Assembly (NCBI RefSeq): GCF_036365525.1
Contig: NC_090410.1
Location: 12,754,062 to 12,818,061, forward strand
Reading direction: 5' to 3'
Length of the DNA: 64,000 nt
Source of the DNA: Heterodontus francisci
Taxonomy: Eukaryota
How positions within the stretch are numbered: position 1 is the first letter of the stretch; every line of letters starts with the position of its first letter. Of the stretch, positions 12,836 to 24,370 are shown one piece after another. Position numbers and translations under genes: made by a program. The notes below the pieces were generated by a model, which was given only the letters and a program-made list of their open reading frames with translations, had not been told where the DNA came from and did not search any database.

Positions 12836-13089
12836 CCACCGCTGAGTTGGGGAGCAACCCCACAGCACAAACCTGCTAGTACTTCAACAAAGATTAGCAC
12901 CATAATAAGTGGAGTCGGTGCTCATGTGATTGTACCTGCCCTGGGAGTGTTTGATGGGGACAGTGTAGAGGCAGCTTTATTCTGTATCTAACCCATTTAC
13001 CATCATTATTTTACCACTCCTCACTACCAGCCCTCTGAGGGTCTGGAGGCCCATTCCAAGAAGTGACCCAACCCTCCCCCTTACTGACC

Positions 13090-13475
13090 GACAGGCCAAC
13101 TGCCCAATCGGAGCGCGTCTCTGGAACACAGCCGAAGGAAACTGCCAATCAGAGGCGAGGGGCGGGACTTGTGGGCGAGGGGCGGGACTTGTGGGCGCCG
13201 GTTGCCCCGGGCGACCCCCGGGAGCGGCCGCGTCTGGAGCTCCGCCGCTTCTCTCCCGATCCCGGATCCTTCTCACCGGGAGCGGCCCCGCCGCTGCGCT
13301 CTCCCGGTCCCGAAGCGCAGCTCCTTCGCGCCGCCTCTCCGATTACCCGGGCAACTCAGTAACGCTCTCACTCATTGGCTGAGAGTTCCGCGGCCTTCAG
13401 CCAATAGCAAGCAGGTAGGCGGGTGTAGTCAGGGGCGCGAGGTCAAAGGTCAGGACTCAGACAGTCCAATGAAGC
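13090..13475. promoter_or_regulatory. CpG-island promoter of B9D2, possibly bidirectional
   Basis: The most CpG-dense stretch in the window; X-box-like GTTGCCCCGGGCGAC (13201-13215) and ATTACCCGGGCAAC (13342-13355); two GGGGCGGGAC GC boxes (~13160, ~13180); CCAAT boxes (~13104, ~13145, 13374 rc, 13401, 13466); DR1 AGGTCAAAGGTCA (13440-13452). Confidence 0.85.
13277..13345 (-). other. B9D2: Probable non-coding exon 1 of B9D2 (5' end approximate)
   Basis: Donor CCG|GTGAGA at 13277/13276 inside the CpG island; the first coding exon has an acceptor 4 nt before the ATG, so an upstream exon is needed. Confidence 0.65.
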
Positions 13476-13601
13476 CCAGGGTCAGATTGACTCCCTTCCT
13501 CACCCAATCCCACTCTCTCCCCCTCCCTCACCTATCCCCCACTCCCTCTCCCATCCCCTCGCAAATCCCTCACTCCCTCACCCATTTCACTCACTCATTC
13601 C

Positions 13602-14165
13602 TGTGAGAATAAGAAATACTGAAATGTTGTTTCTACAGCTTGTGGAAAGTTACCAAGAAGTCATTTGTGCACAACATAATGAAATCACTGAAAAAGAGAA
13701 CTGATAAGGGTATGTAAGTACAGACCTTGGGACAGTACATCACTTAAAAATTGTGCTTAGGCAGATAAAAGAGAAACAGCAAGAGTTAGAACAAAGGATG
13801 TAGTGAATAAGAAACTGCCCCACTAAGATAAAGGCTGACAGCTGCAAGTTAAAACACATAATGGAGAGCCAAATAAGGTAAAACAAAAACAAGAGTTAGG
13901 GGCTAGAAAGTTAGAGTAGGGGGAGAAGTAAACAGAGGAGGAGACTGTAGCAACCATAGGATAGGTTAGTGTCATAATACGTTATAACCAATAATGTAAA
14001 ATAAAGGCGTGGACAAATGGATTTGTATTGTATAAACATGAACTGAATATGTTGATCGGTGTGCCTGCTTGTAGGACACCCGATCTTGCAAGACCGTTAA
14101 ATAAACTTTCTTCTTCAGACTTTGACTTGGTGTAAATTATTATTAAGTGGGCTACGTTTCTCACA
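13602..14165 (+). mobile_element. Solo LTR (ERV1- or Gypsy-type), 564 bp
   Basis: Ends TGTGAGAA...TTCTCACA (perfect 8-bp inverted repeat, TG..CA); 4-bp TSD TTCC (13598-13601, 14166-14169); TATAAA ~14031 and AATAAA ~14100; interrupts a CT-rich tract. Confidence 0.85.
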
Positions 14166-14480
14166 TTCCTCACTCCCTCCCCTCACTCACTCGTCCCCCA
14201 CTCCCTCTCCCTCACTCATCCCCATTCCCTCTCCCTCACTCATCCCGCACTCACTCACCCCCCACTCCCTCACTGACCCTCCTCTCCCTCACCCATTCCC
14301 TCTCCTCCTCACTCATTCCCTCTCCCTCTCCTCCTCACTCATTCCCTCTCCCTCTCCTCACTCATTCCTTCTCCTCTGCCTCACTCATTCCCTCCCCCAC
14401 TCCTTCATTCATTCATTCCCTCCCCTACTTCCCCCTCCCTCTCCTCTCTTCACATTTTCCTGAGGTTACCCCCTCCCCGT
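14166..14480. repeat. CT-rich low-complexity tract (continues 13490-13601)
   Basis: Repeated CACTCATTCCCTCTCCC-like units. Confidence 0.85.
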
Positions 14481-14481
14481 C

Positions 14482-15130
14482 CCACCTGGGACTGATCCAG
14501 AGACACTTTAGGAATGATGCCAGGGCCTTCAAGAGAGTGAGGAGATTTACTGGAACGGTCCCGGGGATGAGGGGTTTTAGTTATGTGGAGAGACTGGAGA
14601 AGCTGGGATTGTTCTCCTTAGAGCAGAGAAGGTTAAGAAGAGATTTAGTAGAGGTGTTCAAAATCATGAAGGGCTTTGATAGAGCAAATAAAGAGGAAGT
14701 GTTTCTAGTAACGAAAGGGTCGGTAACCAGAGGACACGATTTAAGAGAATTGGCAGAAAGCACCAAAAAGATGAGGTTTTTAAAAATGCATTTATTATAT
14801 CACCGTTACTTTACTGTCACTGGGTCAAAAACCTGGAACTCCCTCCCTAACAGCATCTACACCAGGTGGACTACAGCGGTTCAAGAAAATGTGACACCAC
14901 CACCTTCTCAAAGGCAATTCGAGATGGGCGACAAATGCTGGCCTTGCCAGTGACGCCCACATCCCATGGAAAAAAATATGGTCTGGAATGTAGTTCCTGA
15001 AGTGGATTCAGTGGTTATTTTTAAAAGGGAGTTGGATAAGTACTTGAAGGTGCAAGCATTTCTGGGCAACGGGGAAAGGAAAGGGCTGACACGGGCAGGA
15101 TGGGCCGAATGGCCTCCTTGTGACTATATG
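14482..15130 (+). mobile_element. CR1 3' fragment with an inserted second LINE 3' end (~14798-14975)
   Basis: VRRFTGTVPGMRGFSYVERLEKLGLFSLEQRRLRRDLVEVFKIMKG; insert ends GGCCTTGCCAGTGACGCCCACATCCCATGGAAAAAAA. Confidence 0.75.
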
Positions 15131-15149
15131 GTTTTATTCAATATCTGCA

Positions 15150-15338
15150 AACCCTGGAGGGAATTTACACCAACAGCAGGAGGAAGCGTACGGCTGGATA
15201 AAACTTTGAATGCACTGTAGTTACCTTGGAGGCCATTATTCACATAGGGTACATCAATAGATGTGACTAGTCAGTCATCTCCTTCATTACCAGGTTGTCC
15301 ACTCGCCCTTTCTTTAAGCCAGGCAGCAGTTTCCAAGT
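15150..15338 (-). pseudogene. Degenerate duplicate of B9D2 exon 3 plus adjacent intron sequence
   Basis: Aligns by eye to 10629-10826 (TACCTTGGAGGCC..., TACATCAATAG..., GGTTGTCCACT..., AGCAG.TTCCAAG); carries a 1-nt deletion, TGG>TAG and a 6-nt deletion. Confidence 0.85.
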
Positions 15339-15344
15339 GTTTTG

Positions 15345-16730
15345 ATAGAGTACATAGAGGCTACAGCACAGAAACGGGCCATTCAGCCCAACTGGTCTGT
15401 GCTCCACATGAGCCTCCCTTCCTCTTCTTCTAATTCTATTAGCTTGTCCTAACTAGCTTCCCCTTAAATGCATCTGTGCTATTTAGCTCTTTGTGGTAGC
15501 TAATTCCACATTCTAACCACTCTCTGAGTAAAGAAGTTTCTCCCTGAATTCTCTATTGGATTTCATTGGATCTCATATTTAGGGCCCCTAGTTTTGGTCT
15601 CCCACACAAATGGAAACATCTTTTCTAAGCCTACACTATCAAGCCTCATCATAGTTTTAAAGACCTCTATTAGGTTATCACTGAAGCCTTTTCTGGAGAA
15701 AAGAGCCTCAGCTTCTTCAGTCTTTTCCCTCCTTTCTACTATCATCCATGTGAAATTTTTTTGCACATTCTCCAGGGCCTTTTTGAGAACATAAGAGATA
15801 GGAGTAGGCCATTCGGCCCCTTGAGCCTGGTCTGCCACTGAATAAGTTCCAAGCTGATCTACCTCAATTCCACCTTCCTGCATTATCCTCGTATCCCTTG
15901 ATTCCCTGAGTACCCAAAGTCTATCGTTCTCTGACTTGAATATACTCAACGATTGAGCATTCGCAGCCCCCTAGGGTAGAGAATTCCAAAGGTTAGTAAC
16001 CCTTTGAGTGAAGAAATTTCTCCCCATCTCAGTCCTAAATGGCCAACCCCTTATTCTGAGATTGTGACCCCTAGTTCTAGACTCCCCAGCCTGGGGAAAC
16101 ATCCTCCCAGCATCTACGCTGTCACGCCCCTTTAAGCATTTTATATATTTTATATTTCCATGAGACCACCTCAAATTCTTCTAAATTCGAGGGAACGTAG
16201 GCCTCGTCTATTTAATCTCTCCTCAGAGGAAATCCCCTCATTACTGGAATCGGTCTGGTGAACCTTCATTTCACTGCCTTAAAGGAAAGTATAAGCTTCC
16301 TTAGGGAAGGAGACCAAAACTGTACACGGTTTATAATATAGAAACCAGAACTGTGCGCAGTAAACACGGAGAAACTGTTTCCAGTGGCAGGAGGGACAGT
16401 AACTAGAAGACACCGATTTGAAATAATTGTCAATAGAACCAGTGGGGAGATGAGATTTTTTTCTTATGCAGCGAGTGGTTACAAACATAGAAAATTTGCA
16501 GCACAAAAAGTGGCGGCTCAACCCATTTGTATCTGTGCTGGATTGAAAGGAGCTACCAGGCCTCATCCCACTTTCCAGCTCTTGGCCTGTAGCCCTGCAG
16601 CTTGTTATGGGGATTGGACATATAGTTAAAAAGGTAAAATTGGCAGGGTTATGTGAAAAGGGTGACTAATTGGAAAGCTCTTTCAAAAAGCCAGCATGGG
16701 GATGATGGGCTGAATGGCCTCCCATTCTTT
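15345..16730. mobile_element. Cluster of CR1 3' fragments (two minus, one plus)
   Basis: ORF remnants NLIEVFKTMMRLD, GRNFFTQRVTNLWNSLP and CR1 tails. Confidence 0.75.
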
Positions 16731-17280
16731 TTCAGTGTCTAATAAGTAATTCTGTGATTGCAGTGGCGAAATGGCAGTGGATTATTTGGCATGGGCTATG
16801 AGTGTAAATCCAAAAGACAGGTGTAAAAATGAACACGATCAAAGGGAGATGAGAGCAATTACAAAAAAGAAGTCTTGCATTTATATAGCACCTTTCACAA
16901 CGTCAGCACTTTTGAAGTGTCACTACTGTAACACAAGAAATGCTGCAGCCAAATTGTGCACAGCAAGCTCCCATAAGCTGCCCTCGTTTAAAAAATTGTC
17001 TGTCTTTCTTACAAATGAAACCCACTCCAGGTGTTTAAATTGATCATCAGCCCCGCCACTTTTCATCATAAACCTCGCTCCTAAACCCTACTTCAGGACC
17101 CCATAATCCAGGCTGACAGTCCAATGCAGTGCTGCATTGTCAGAGGTACAGTCCTTCCGAACAGAAATTCCCCTTTTGCCAAGAAGCCCTTTAATCCTGT
17201 GCAAGTAAAGAAGAGTAGAGGAGTTGTCCCAGTAACAACACTCTTCCCTCAACCACCACGGCCAAAAACAAATTAACTGG

Positions 17281-17540
17281 GCAAAGGCAGATGCTGGAAA
17301 TGTGAAATAAAGACTGAAAAATGCTGGAGATGCTCAGCAGGTCTGGCAGCATCTGTGGAGAGAGAAACAGAGTTAACGTTTCAGGTATATGGCTGTTCTT
17401 CAGAACTGTTTGAGGGGCCAGTGCTGTACACCAGTCACTTTCACAGTTCTGAAGGTTCATCTACCTGAAACGTTAACTCTGTTTCTCTCTCCACAGATGC
17501 TGCCAGACCTGCTGAGCATCTCCAGCCTTTTTCAGTTTTT
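17281..17540. mobile_element. Inverted pair of Penelope-like terminal repeat fragments
   Basis: Same sequence as the end of the Penelope element at 38946-39079; arms 17313-17387 and 17462-17536 are reverse complements. Confidence 0.8.
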
Positions 17541-17555
17541 AGTCCTGATTAACTT

Positions 17556-18075
17556 TAGGAACACAGGAGCAGGAGTAGTCCATTCAGCCCCTCAAGCCTG
17601 CCCCGCCATTCAATACGATCTTGGCTGATCATCCACTTCAATGCCTTTTTCCCACACTATCCCCATATCCCTTTATGTCACTGGTATTTAGAAATCTGTC
17701 AATCTCTGCTTTAAACATACTCAATAACTGAGCTTCCACAGAGGGAGACAGAATTCCAAAGATTCACAACCCTCTGAGTAAAGAAATTTCTCCTCATCTC
17801 TGTCGTAACTGGCTTCCCCGTCCCCTGATTCTAGACTCCCCAACCAGGAGAAACATCTTACCTGCATCTACCCTGTCTCTCCCTTTTGGTAATTTGTAAG
17901 TTTCAATGAGATAACCTCTCATTGTTTGAAACTCGGGAGAATACAGGCCCAGTTTCCCCAATCTCTCTTCATAGGACAGTCCCACCATCCCGGGAACAAG
18001 TCTGGTGAACCTTCATTGCACTCCCTCTATGGAAATAATATCCTTCTGAAGGTAAGGGGACCAAAACTGCACACA
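17556..18075 (-). mobile_element. CR1 3' fragment
   Basis: GLSYEERLGKLGLYSPEF...GYLIETYK; CVQFWSPYLQKDI. Confidence 0.85.
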
Positions 18076-18796
18076 GTTGCTGTAGTTTGTAGGATCGTGC
18101 CGTGTCTGTCTGCGTAACAGTGACTGGACGTCAAAGTAATTCCTTATGCGCGAAACTCTGTGAGGTGTTTCTGACGTGACAGGATGTTTGTACATACAGG
18201 TCCAGACTCTTGGCTGTTTCCCCAATCTTGTACAAGCTCCCTGGATGTCCAGCAGAGGGACACAGATGTCCATTAACCAGCTTGTGTCTGGGGACTGATA
18301 TCACTCACAGTCATACAGCTGGGTTTTCGATCAGCCTTATTCTAACCCCTGGGCTACCTCCAGTGTTAAAAGCCAGCAGAGGGGTCAGGCCATATTCAAT
18401 TTGGGAATGAGTAATGAGCCAGATTTAATTAGCAGCCTAACTGTGAGTAAACATTTATCTAATAGCGATCATAACATGATCAAGTTCAACGCAACGTTTG
18501 AAAGGGAGAAACGGGAAACAGCTACAAAGATTCTAGATTTAGGCTGACTTCAGTGGGATGAGACAGAGACTGGCCACAGTAAACTGGGCAAATCTGTTAA
18601 TGGGTAAAAAGACGGAAGGTAAGTGAGTGGCGTTCAAAAAGGAATTTAATGTGATACAGAAAGAAACATGAAAGACTTACATTAGTGTCGAACCTTTCAC
18701 AAACACAGGACATCCCAAAGCCAATGAAGTACTTTCGAAGTCTAGTCACTGTTGTAATGTAGGAAATGCTGCAGCCAATTTGCACACAGCAAGCTC

Positions 18797-19830
18797 CCTT
18801 TTCATATAACTGTCTCATTCCCTTTTGAATGCTTCAGTTGAACCTGCCTCCAACACATTCTCAGGCAGTGCATTCCAGACCTTAACCACTCGCTGCGTGA
18901 AAAAGCTTTTCCTCATGTTGCATTTGCTTCTTTTACCAAATACTTTAAATCTGTGCCCCCTTGTTCTCGATCCTTTCACGAGTGGGAACAGTTTCTCTCC
19001 ATCTACTCTGTCCGACCCCTCATGATTTTGAATACCACTATCAAATCAGCCTTCGTTTCTCCAAGGAAAACTGTCCCAACTTCTCCAATCTATCTTCATA
19101 ACTGAAATTCCTCATCCTTGCAACCATTCTCATGAATCTTTTCTGTACTCTCTCCAATGCTTTCACGTCTTTCCAAAAGTGCCGCGCCCAGAACTGAACG
19201 CAATACTCCAGCTGAGGCTGAACGAGTGTCTTATACAACTTCAACATAACCTCCTTGCTCTTGTACTCTATGCCCCTATTAATAAAGCCCAGGATACTGT
19301 ATGCTTTATTAACCGTGCTCTCAACCTGTCCTGCCACCTTCAATGACTTATGCACATATAGACCCAGGTCCCTCTGTTCCTGCACCCCCTTTAGAATTGT
19401 ACCCTTTATTCTATATTGTCTCTCCACGTTCTTCCTACCAAAATTAATCACTTCACACTTCTCCGCATTGAACCTCATCTGCCACCTGTCTGCCCATTCC
19501 ACCAACTTGTCTATGTCCTTTTGAAGTTCTACACTATCCTCCTCACAGTTCACAATGCTTGCAAGTTTTGTATCGTCCGCAAACTTTGAAATTGTGTCCT
19601 GTACACCAAGGTTTAGGTCATTAATATATACATTAGGAAAAGCAAGGGTCCCAACACTGACCCCTGGGGAACTCCACTATAAACCTATCTCCAGCCCGAA
19701 AAACATCCATTAATCACTACCCTTTGTTTCCTGTCACTCAGCCAATTCCATATCCATATTGCTACTGTCCCTTTTATTCCATGAGCTTTCACTTTGCTCA
19801 TAAGTTTGTTGTGTGGCACTGTATCAAAGC
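18797..19830 (-). mobile_element. CR1 LINE ORF2 (RT) fragment
   Basis: KFADDTK motif (rc of TTTTGTATCGTCCGCAAACTT); LQKDIDKLVEWADRWQMRFNAEKCEV...LEYCVQFW. Confidence 0.92.
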
Positions 19831-19941
19831 GATAACAGAACTAAAAAAAAAGCACGCAAAAATTCAAAAATTAACACACATCCTGGCAAATAGGAGAGAA
19901 CGGCAAAGAGTGACAAAACAGATAGTAAGAGCTACAACAAT

Positions 19942-20234
19942 TAAAGTCTGGCTATCCGACCCGAACCCGACCAAACCCATGTGTCAGGGTCGGGTTGGGT
20001 CGGGTCTGTATTCTGCGTTCAGCATTCGGGCTCGGATCGGGTCGGGCTGGACTGTACTGTTTTGTTTCGTATTGTTTTCGTTTTAAACTACAATTTTTTT
20101 CTGTTTCAATAACATGTTTGTTATTTTCGGGTCAGATCGGGCATTTAAAAAAATTAAAGGACTTGGGCCCGGATCAGGTTCGGTTTGGCTGTTGTCGGGT
20201 CGGGTTTTAATTTTATACCCAAGCCCAGGCTTTA
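19942..20234. mobile_element. Non-autonomous hAT-like MITE
   Basis: Imperfect TIRs TAAAGTCTGGCT / AGCCCAGGCTTTA; many ACCCGA/TCGGGT subterminal repeats; 8-bp TSD ACAACAAT/AAAACAAT. Confidence 0.7.
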
Positions 20235-20308
20235 AAAACAATAACCACTTGTATTTACATAGAATCGTTAACGGAATAAAACGCCCCAAGGCAATTCACA
20301 GAGGCGCA

Positions 20309-20663
20309 GGGGCGGCACAGTGGAGCAGTGGTTAGCACGCAGCCTCACAGCTCCAGCGACCCGGGTTCAATTCTGGGTACTGCCTGTGTGGAGTTTGCAA
20401 GTTCTCCCTGTGTCTGCGTGGGTTTCCTCCGGGTGCTCCGGTTTCCTCCCACAAGCCAAAAGACTTGCAGTTTGGTAGGTAAATCGGCCATTATAAATTG
20501 TCCCTAGTATAGGTAGGTGGTAGGGGAATATAGGGACAGGTGGGGATGTGGTAGGAATATGGGATTAGTGTAGGATTAGTATAAATGGGTGGTTGATGAT
20601 CGGCACAGACTCGGTGGGCCGAAGGGCCTGTTTCAGTGCTGTATCTCTAAACATAAACATAAA
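20309..20663 (+). mobile_element. HE1-like V-SINE, full length
   Basis: tRNA-like head (GGCACAGTGGAGCAGTGGTTAG...GGTTCAATTC), V core, CR1-type tail ending (CATAAA)n. Confidence 0.88.
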
Positions 20664-20937
20664 CAGAGGCATTATCAAACAAAATATGACACCAAACCAC
20701 ATAAGGAGATATTAGGACAGATGACCAAAAAGGTTGGTCAAGAGGTAGGTTATAAGGAGTGTCTTAAAGGAGGAAAGTGAGGTGCAGAAGTTTAGGAAGG
20801 GAATTCCAGAGCTTAGGGCCTAGGCAGCTGAAGGCACGGCCACAAATAGAGGACTATGGAAAGAAACCTGGCAAGGGATATCAAAATCAACACAAAAACT
20901 TTTACAATTACTTTGGAAGAAAGAGGGGGGTCGGGAG

Positions 20938-21082
20938 CAAGGTTCCCTCTAAGCTGCACAGCCAAGCAGGACACTCTTAACAAATGTTCCCTTGAACATG
21001 TGTCGAGTGCAGCAAGCTTAAAGGGACCCCACAGTGCAACTTACCGGTCACACACAATGAAGAAAAATTAGAGGGATCAGTG
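20938..21082. mobile_element. Short hAT MITE inserted in a CR1 fragment
   Basis: TIRs CAAGGTTCCCTCTAA / TTAGAGGGATCAGTG; 8-bp flanks GTCGGGAG/GTCAGTAG; related to 63192-63312. Confidence 0.6.
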
Positions 21083-22281
21083 GTCAGTAGCAATGTGGGC
21101 CCCTTGAAAACTGATTAACGATAATATTGTCAATGAAAATAAGGAAATGGGGGATGTGTTGAATAATTACTGTGCATCAATATTTACAGTAGAAGAGGTC
21201 AGCACGGCAGACATCCCAAGAAGCTAATACTGAATCAGGCTCAGGGACTCAGCAAAATAAACGTAGAACCACAAGAGTGACAAATCCCCAGGACCAGATG
21301 GTTTCCATCCCAGGATTTTGAAGAAGATCGCGGATGCCCCAACTACAATCTTCCAAAGTTCTCCCAATTCAGGAACCGTCCCTTTCGAATGAAAAGTTAC
21401 ACATGACGCTCCACTATTTAAGAAGGGTGACAGAGAGAAAACAGGGTGATTTGATCAAAGTTTTCAAGATATTAAGGGGAACAGATAGGGTAGATAGAGA
21501 GAAATTATTTCTGCTAGTTGGGGAGTCTAGGATTAGAGGGCATAGTCTAAAAATTAGAGAAGTGAAATCAGGAAACACTTCTATCTGTGTGATAGAAGTT
21601 TAGAACTCTATTCCGCAAATGGCAATTAATGCTAGATCAACTGTTAATCTTAAGGTCTGTTTAGGTAGAGGCAGCCTGTCGCCAGGTGGGTGGTGGGGAT
21701 CATGTTGCTGGTTCAGCACCTCTGTTGCCCTTCTGCGTCCCGGGACACTGCGAGTCGCACTTCAGGAACAGTGAACGTCACTCTCATAAGCAGTTTATTA
21801 AATAAAATAATTAATCCCTGAATGTGTCAGAACAATGCAAAGGGAATCGCCAAGCATCTTACTCTGATATGTGCTGTAATGATCATTTAGGTGCATGTTT
21901 TTACCCCGCGTTTCATTGTAATTCAATGCTCCAGAGTAATGCCCATTAAATGATTTGCCAGTCAGCGAGTGTAATGCGGATGAGTCTGTCTGGCTTTAAA
22001 ACAGAATCGCAATGTTGGGGTATTGATTTTGTGGGGACATCTTGTCAGATGTTGGAGTGCGATCTGTTTGATTGCTCTCTGGAGATCTAGCTGATGTAAA
22101 AAGACCTTACATCTGAAATAATGGCAACACATTTCTTGATATCCTGGTTAAATCAGCGATAGGCTGAAAACATTAAACTATGATTTTCTGCTTTAAAGTC
22201 ACAGACCGTCATCTCAGATGGGTCAATCCTACTTTTGTATCGTCCCGTTTAGTTCACACGTTTAGTTCACATTGAACGTTG

Positions 22282-22905
22282 TGTAGACCCAGTAAAAACA
22301 CATATAGCAAAAACACATAAGAATTTAATTAAAACAAAGGGGCCAGTAACACAACAATGAACAGTGTGTTGAAGCAGGATGAGTACAAAGGGGCACAGCA
22401 CACAGATAGCCGAGAAATTGTAGATATGATTATAGAAAAGGTATTGAAGAGGATCCCAGAAACTGTTCTTGGACTTAGCAGATATAGGGAGTCGTCATGG
22501 ACACCAGATATGATTAAACTCATGATAGACAATGGGAAACTGTGAAGTTTTGAACAGGTTCTCACTGAACCAAATAAGGAATTACCATTATGTCATTATA
22601 CCAGACCCCTATGAGTAAGTAAGAGTGGCGGGTCTCAGAAACAAGATTTAACCCCTGACTGAAACTGAGGAAGGTACGAGAACCCCGGGGAAGAACACTC
22701 GAGGATACCCTTAGCCGGGGGCTCAGAGAACCAAAGAGCAGCCGCAAGTCCAAGACTGATCACCTCGTGTTTTGACGGGTAGTATACTGTACAAGTAGGG
22801 AGAGCTTGTACTTGATGATTTAGTGTGTGAATAAAATATTTATATACCTTTCACCGATCGGATTCCGCGGATTCTTTAAGAGTAGCGTGTGTGTTAGGCA
22901 CATCA
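22282..22905 (+). mobile_element. Solo LTR, 624 bp
   Basis: TG(TAGACC)...(GCACAT)CA ends; 4-bp TSD GTTG (22278-22281, 22906-22909); AATAAA ~22830; CpGs retained. Confidence 0.7.
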
Positions 22906-23759
22906 GTTGAGATGTTGGGCTCGGCTGATTTGGTGTCTCAGCAAGTTAACAGACACGAGAAGCGTGGAGATTTAAATACTTATCTAATTGGGAAAGAAGA
23001 TTTGATAGTCATTTGGATTGTCCATGGGGAGATTGAAACCTGGGACTTCACCACTCGGTCAGTTACCAGGTTGCGGTCGGTGACGTTAGCAGTCAGTGGG
23101 TTTTGCTGCTTGGACTGGGAGCCCAGTGACCAGGGTTCATTCACCTCAACAGCATTAGTTTGCAGGTTTTCAAGGTGGAAAAGCTACTTTAACAGGAGGA
23201 CCAGTGAAGGTTGCAGTCTCCCCCCCGCCCTCAATAAATGGTGCAGTTACATTTACAAAGACGTTATTAATGAATTTATTAAAGTGGCTGGCTTGCCAGA
23301 TTTTCAGTAAATAAATGCAACAATTTAGGAACACCACAAAGGATGTTAATTTTGAAATCCTTACAGACTCCCCACCTTGAGGGTGAAAGACAATTCCTGA
23401 TCCTGTATTACTTAATCAATTATGCAAATTGATGCTTTTATGTTTGCTGTGACATTCATCATATCAAAGGTTTAAGCCAGCCAGTGAATACACTATTACA
23501 AATCACACTGAGATTAGTCAGTACCACAGGTGCATTCCGAAATCACAAACCAATTCCCGCCGCTTGTGATCCCCTAACTATTGTATTTGTTGCTCAGCTC
23601 CCTCGTTGTCCCAAACAACAAAAAGCTGCATTTATATAGTGCCTTTAACACAATAAAATGTCCTAAGATGCTTCACAGCAGTGTTCGCAAACAACATTTG
23701 ATATGGAGCTACATAAAGAGATATTAGGCATCTGCCAAAAGAGGTAGGTTTTACAGCAT

Positions 23760-23955
23760 ATTTATTTATTTTATTTTATTTAGAGATACAGCACTGAAAC
23801 AGGCCCTTCGGCCCACCGAGTCTGTGCCGACCAACAACCCTACTGTAATCCCATATTCCCTCCCTACACTAGGGGCAATTTACAACAGCCAATTTACCTA
23901 TCACCTGCAAGTCTTTGGATGTGGGAGGAAACCGGAGCACCCGGCGAAAACCCAA
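23760..23955 (-). mobile_element. HE1-like V-SINE, truncated
   Basis: Reverse complement of V core and tail. Confidence 0.8.
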
Positions 23956-23956
23956 A

Positions 23957-24335
23957 GGGGTGACAGTGGTGTAGTGGTAATGTCACGGAATTGGTAATTG
24001 AATGGCCTGGGCTGATGCACTGGGGACATGGGTTCAAATCCCACCATGGTAGCTGGTGGAATTTAAATTCCATTAATTAATCATTTAAAAAAATCTGGTG
24101 TTAAACATTAGTCTTAATAATAGTGCTGTGAAGTTATCATTGTTTGTTTCAAAACCCATTTGGTTCACGAATGTCCTTTAGGGAAGGAAATCTGTCATTC
24201 TGACCTACATATGACTCCTGACCCACTCTTAACTGTGCACTGAAATGACCTAGCATGCCATTCAGTTGTCATGGGCAATTTGGGATGGGCAGGAAATGAT
24301 GGCCTTGCCAGCGACACACATCACATGAATAAAAA
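23957..24335 (+). mobile_element. tRNA-derived SINE with a Meta-domain-like core
   Basis: Head GTGGTGTAGTGGT...GGTTCAAATCCC; core GGTTCACGAATGTCCTTTAGGGAAGGAAATCTG; tail GGGCAATTTGGGATGGGCA...GCCAGCGAC; family name tentative. Confidence 0.65.
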
Positions 24336-24370
24336 AGAGAGACTTAGGGAGGGAATTCCAGAGGTTAAAG

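Noticed and set aside
12977-13606. Pro/Arg/Ala-rich ORFs over the CpG island
   Set aside because: Typical stop-poor GC-rich sequence with no recognisable protein
14147-14953. 268-aa ORF
   Set aside because: Chimera of low-complexity CT tract and CR1/LINE fragments
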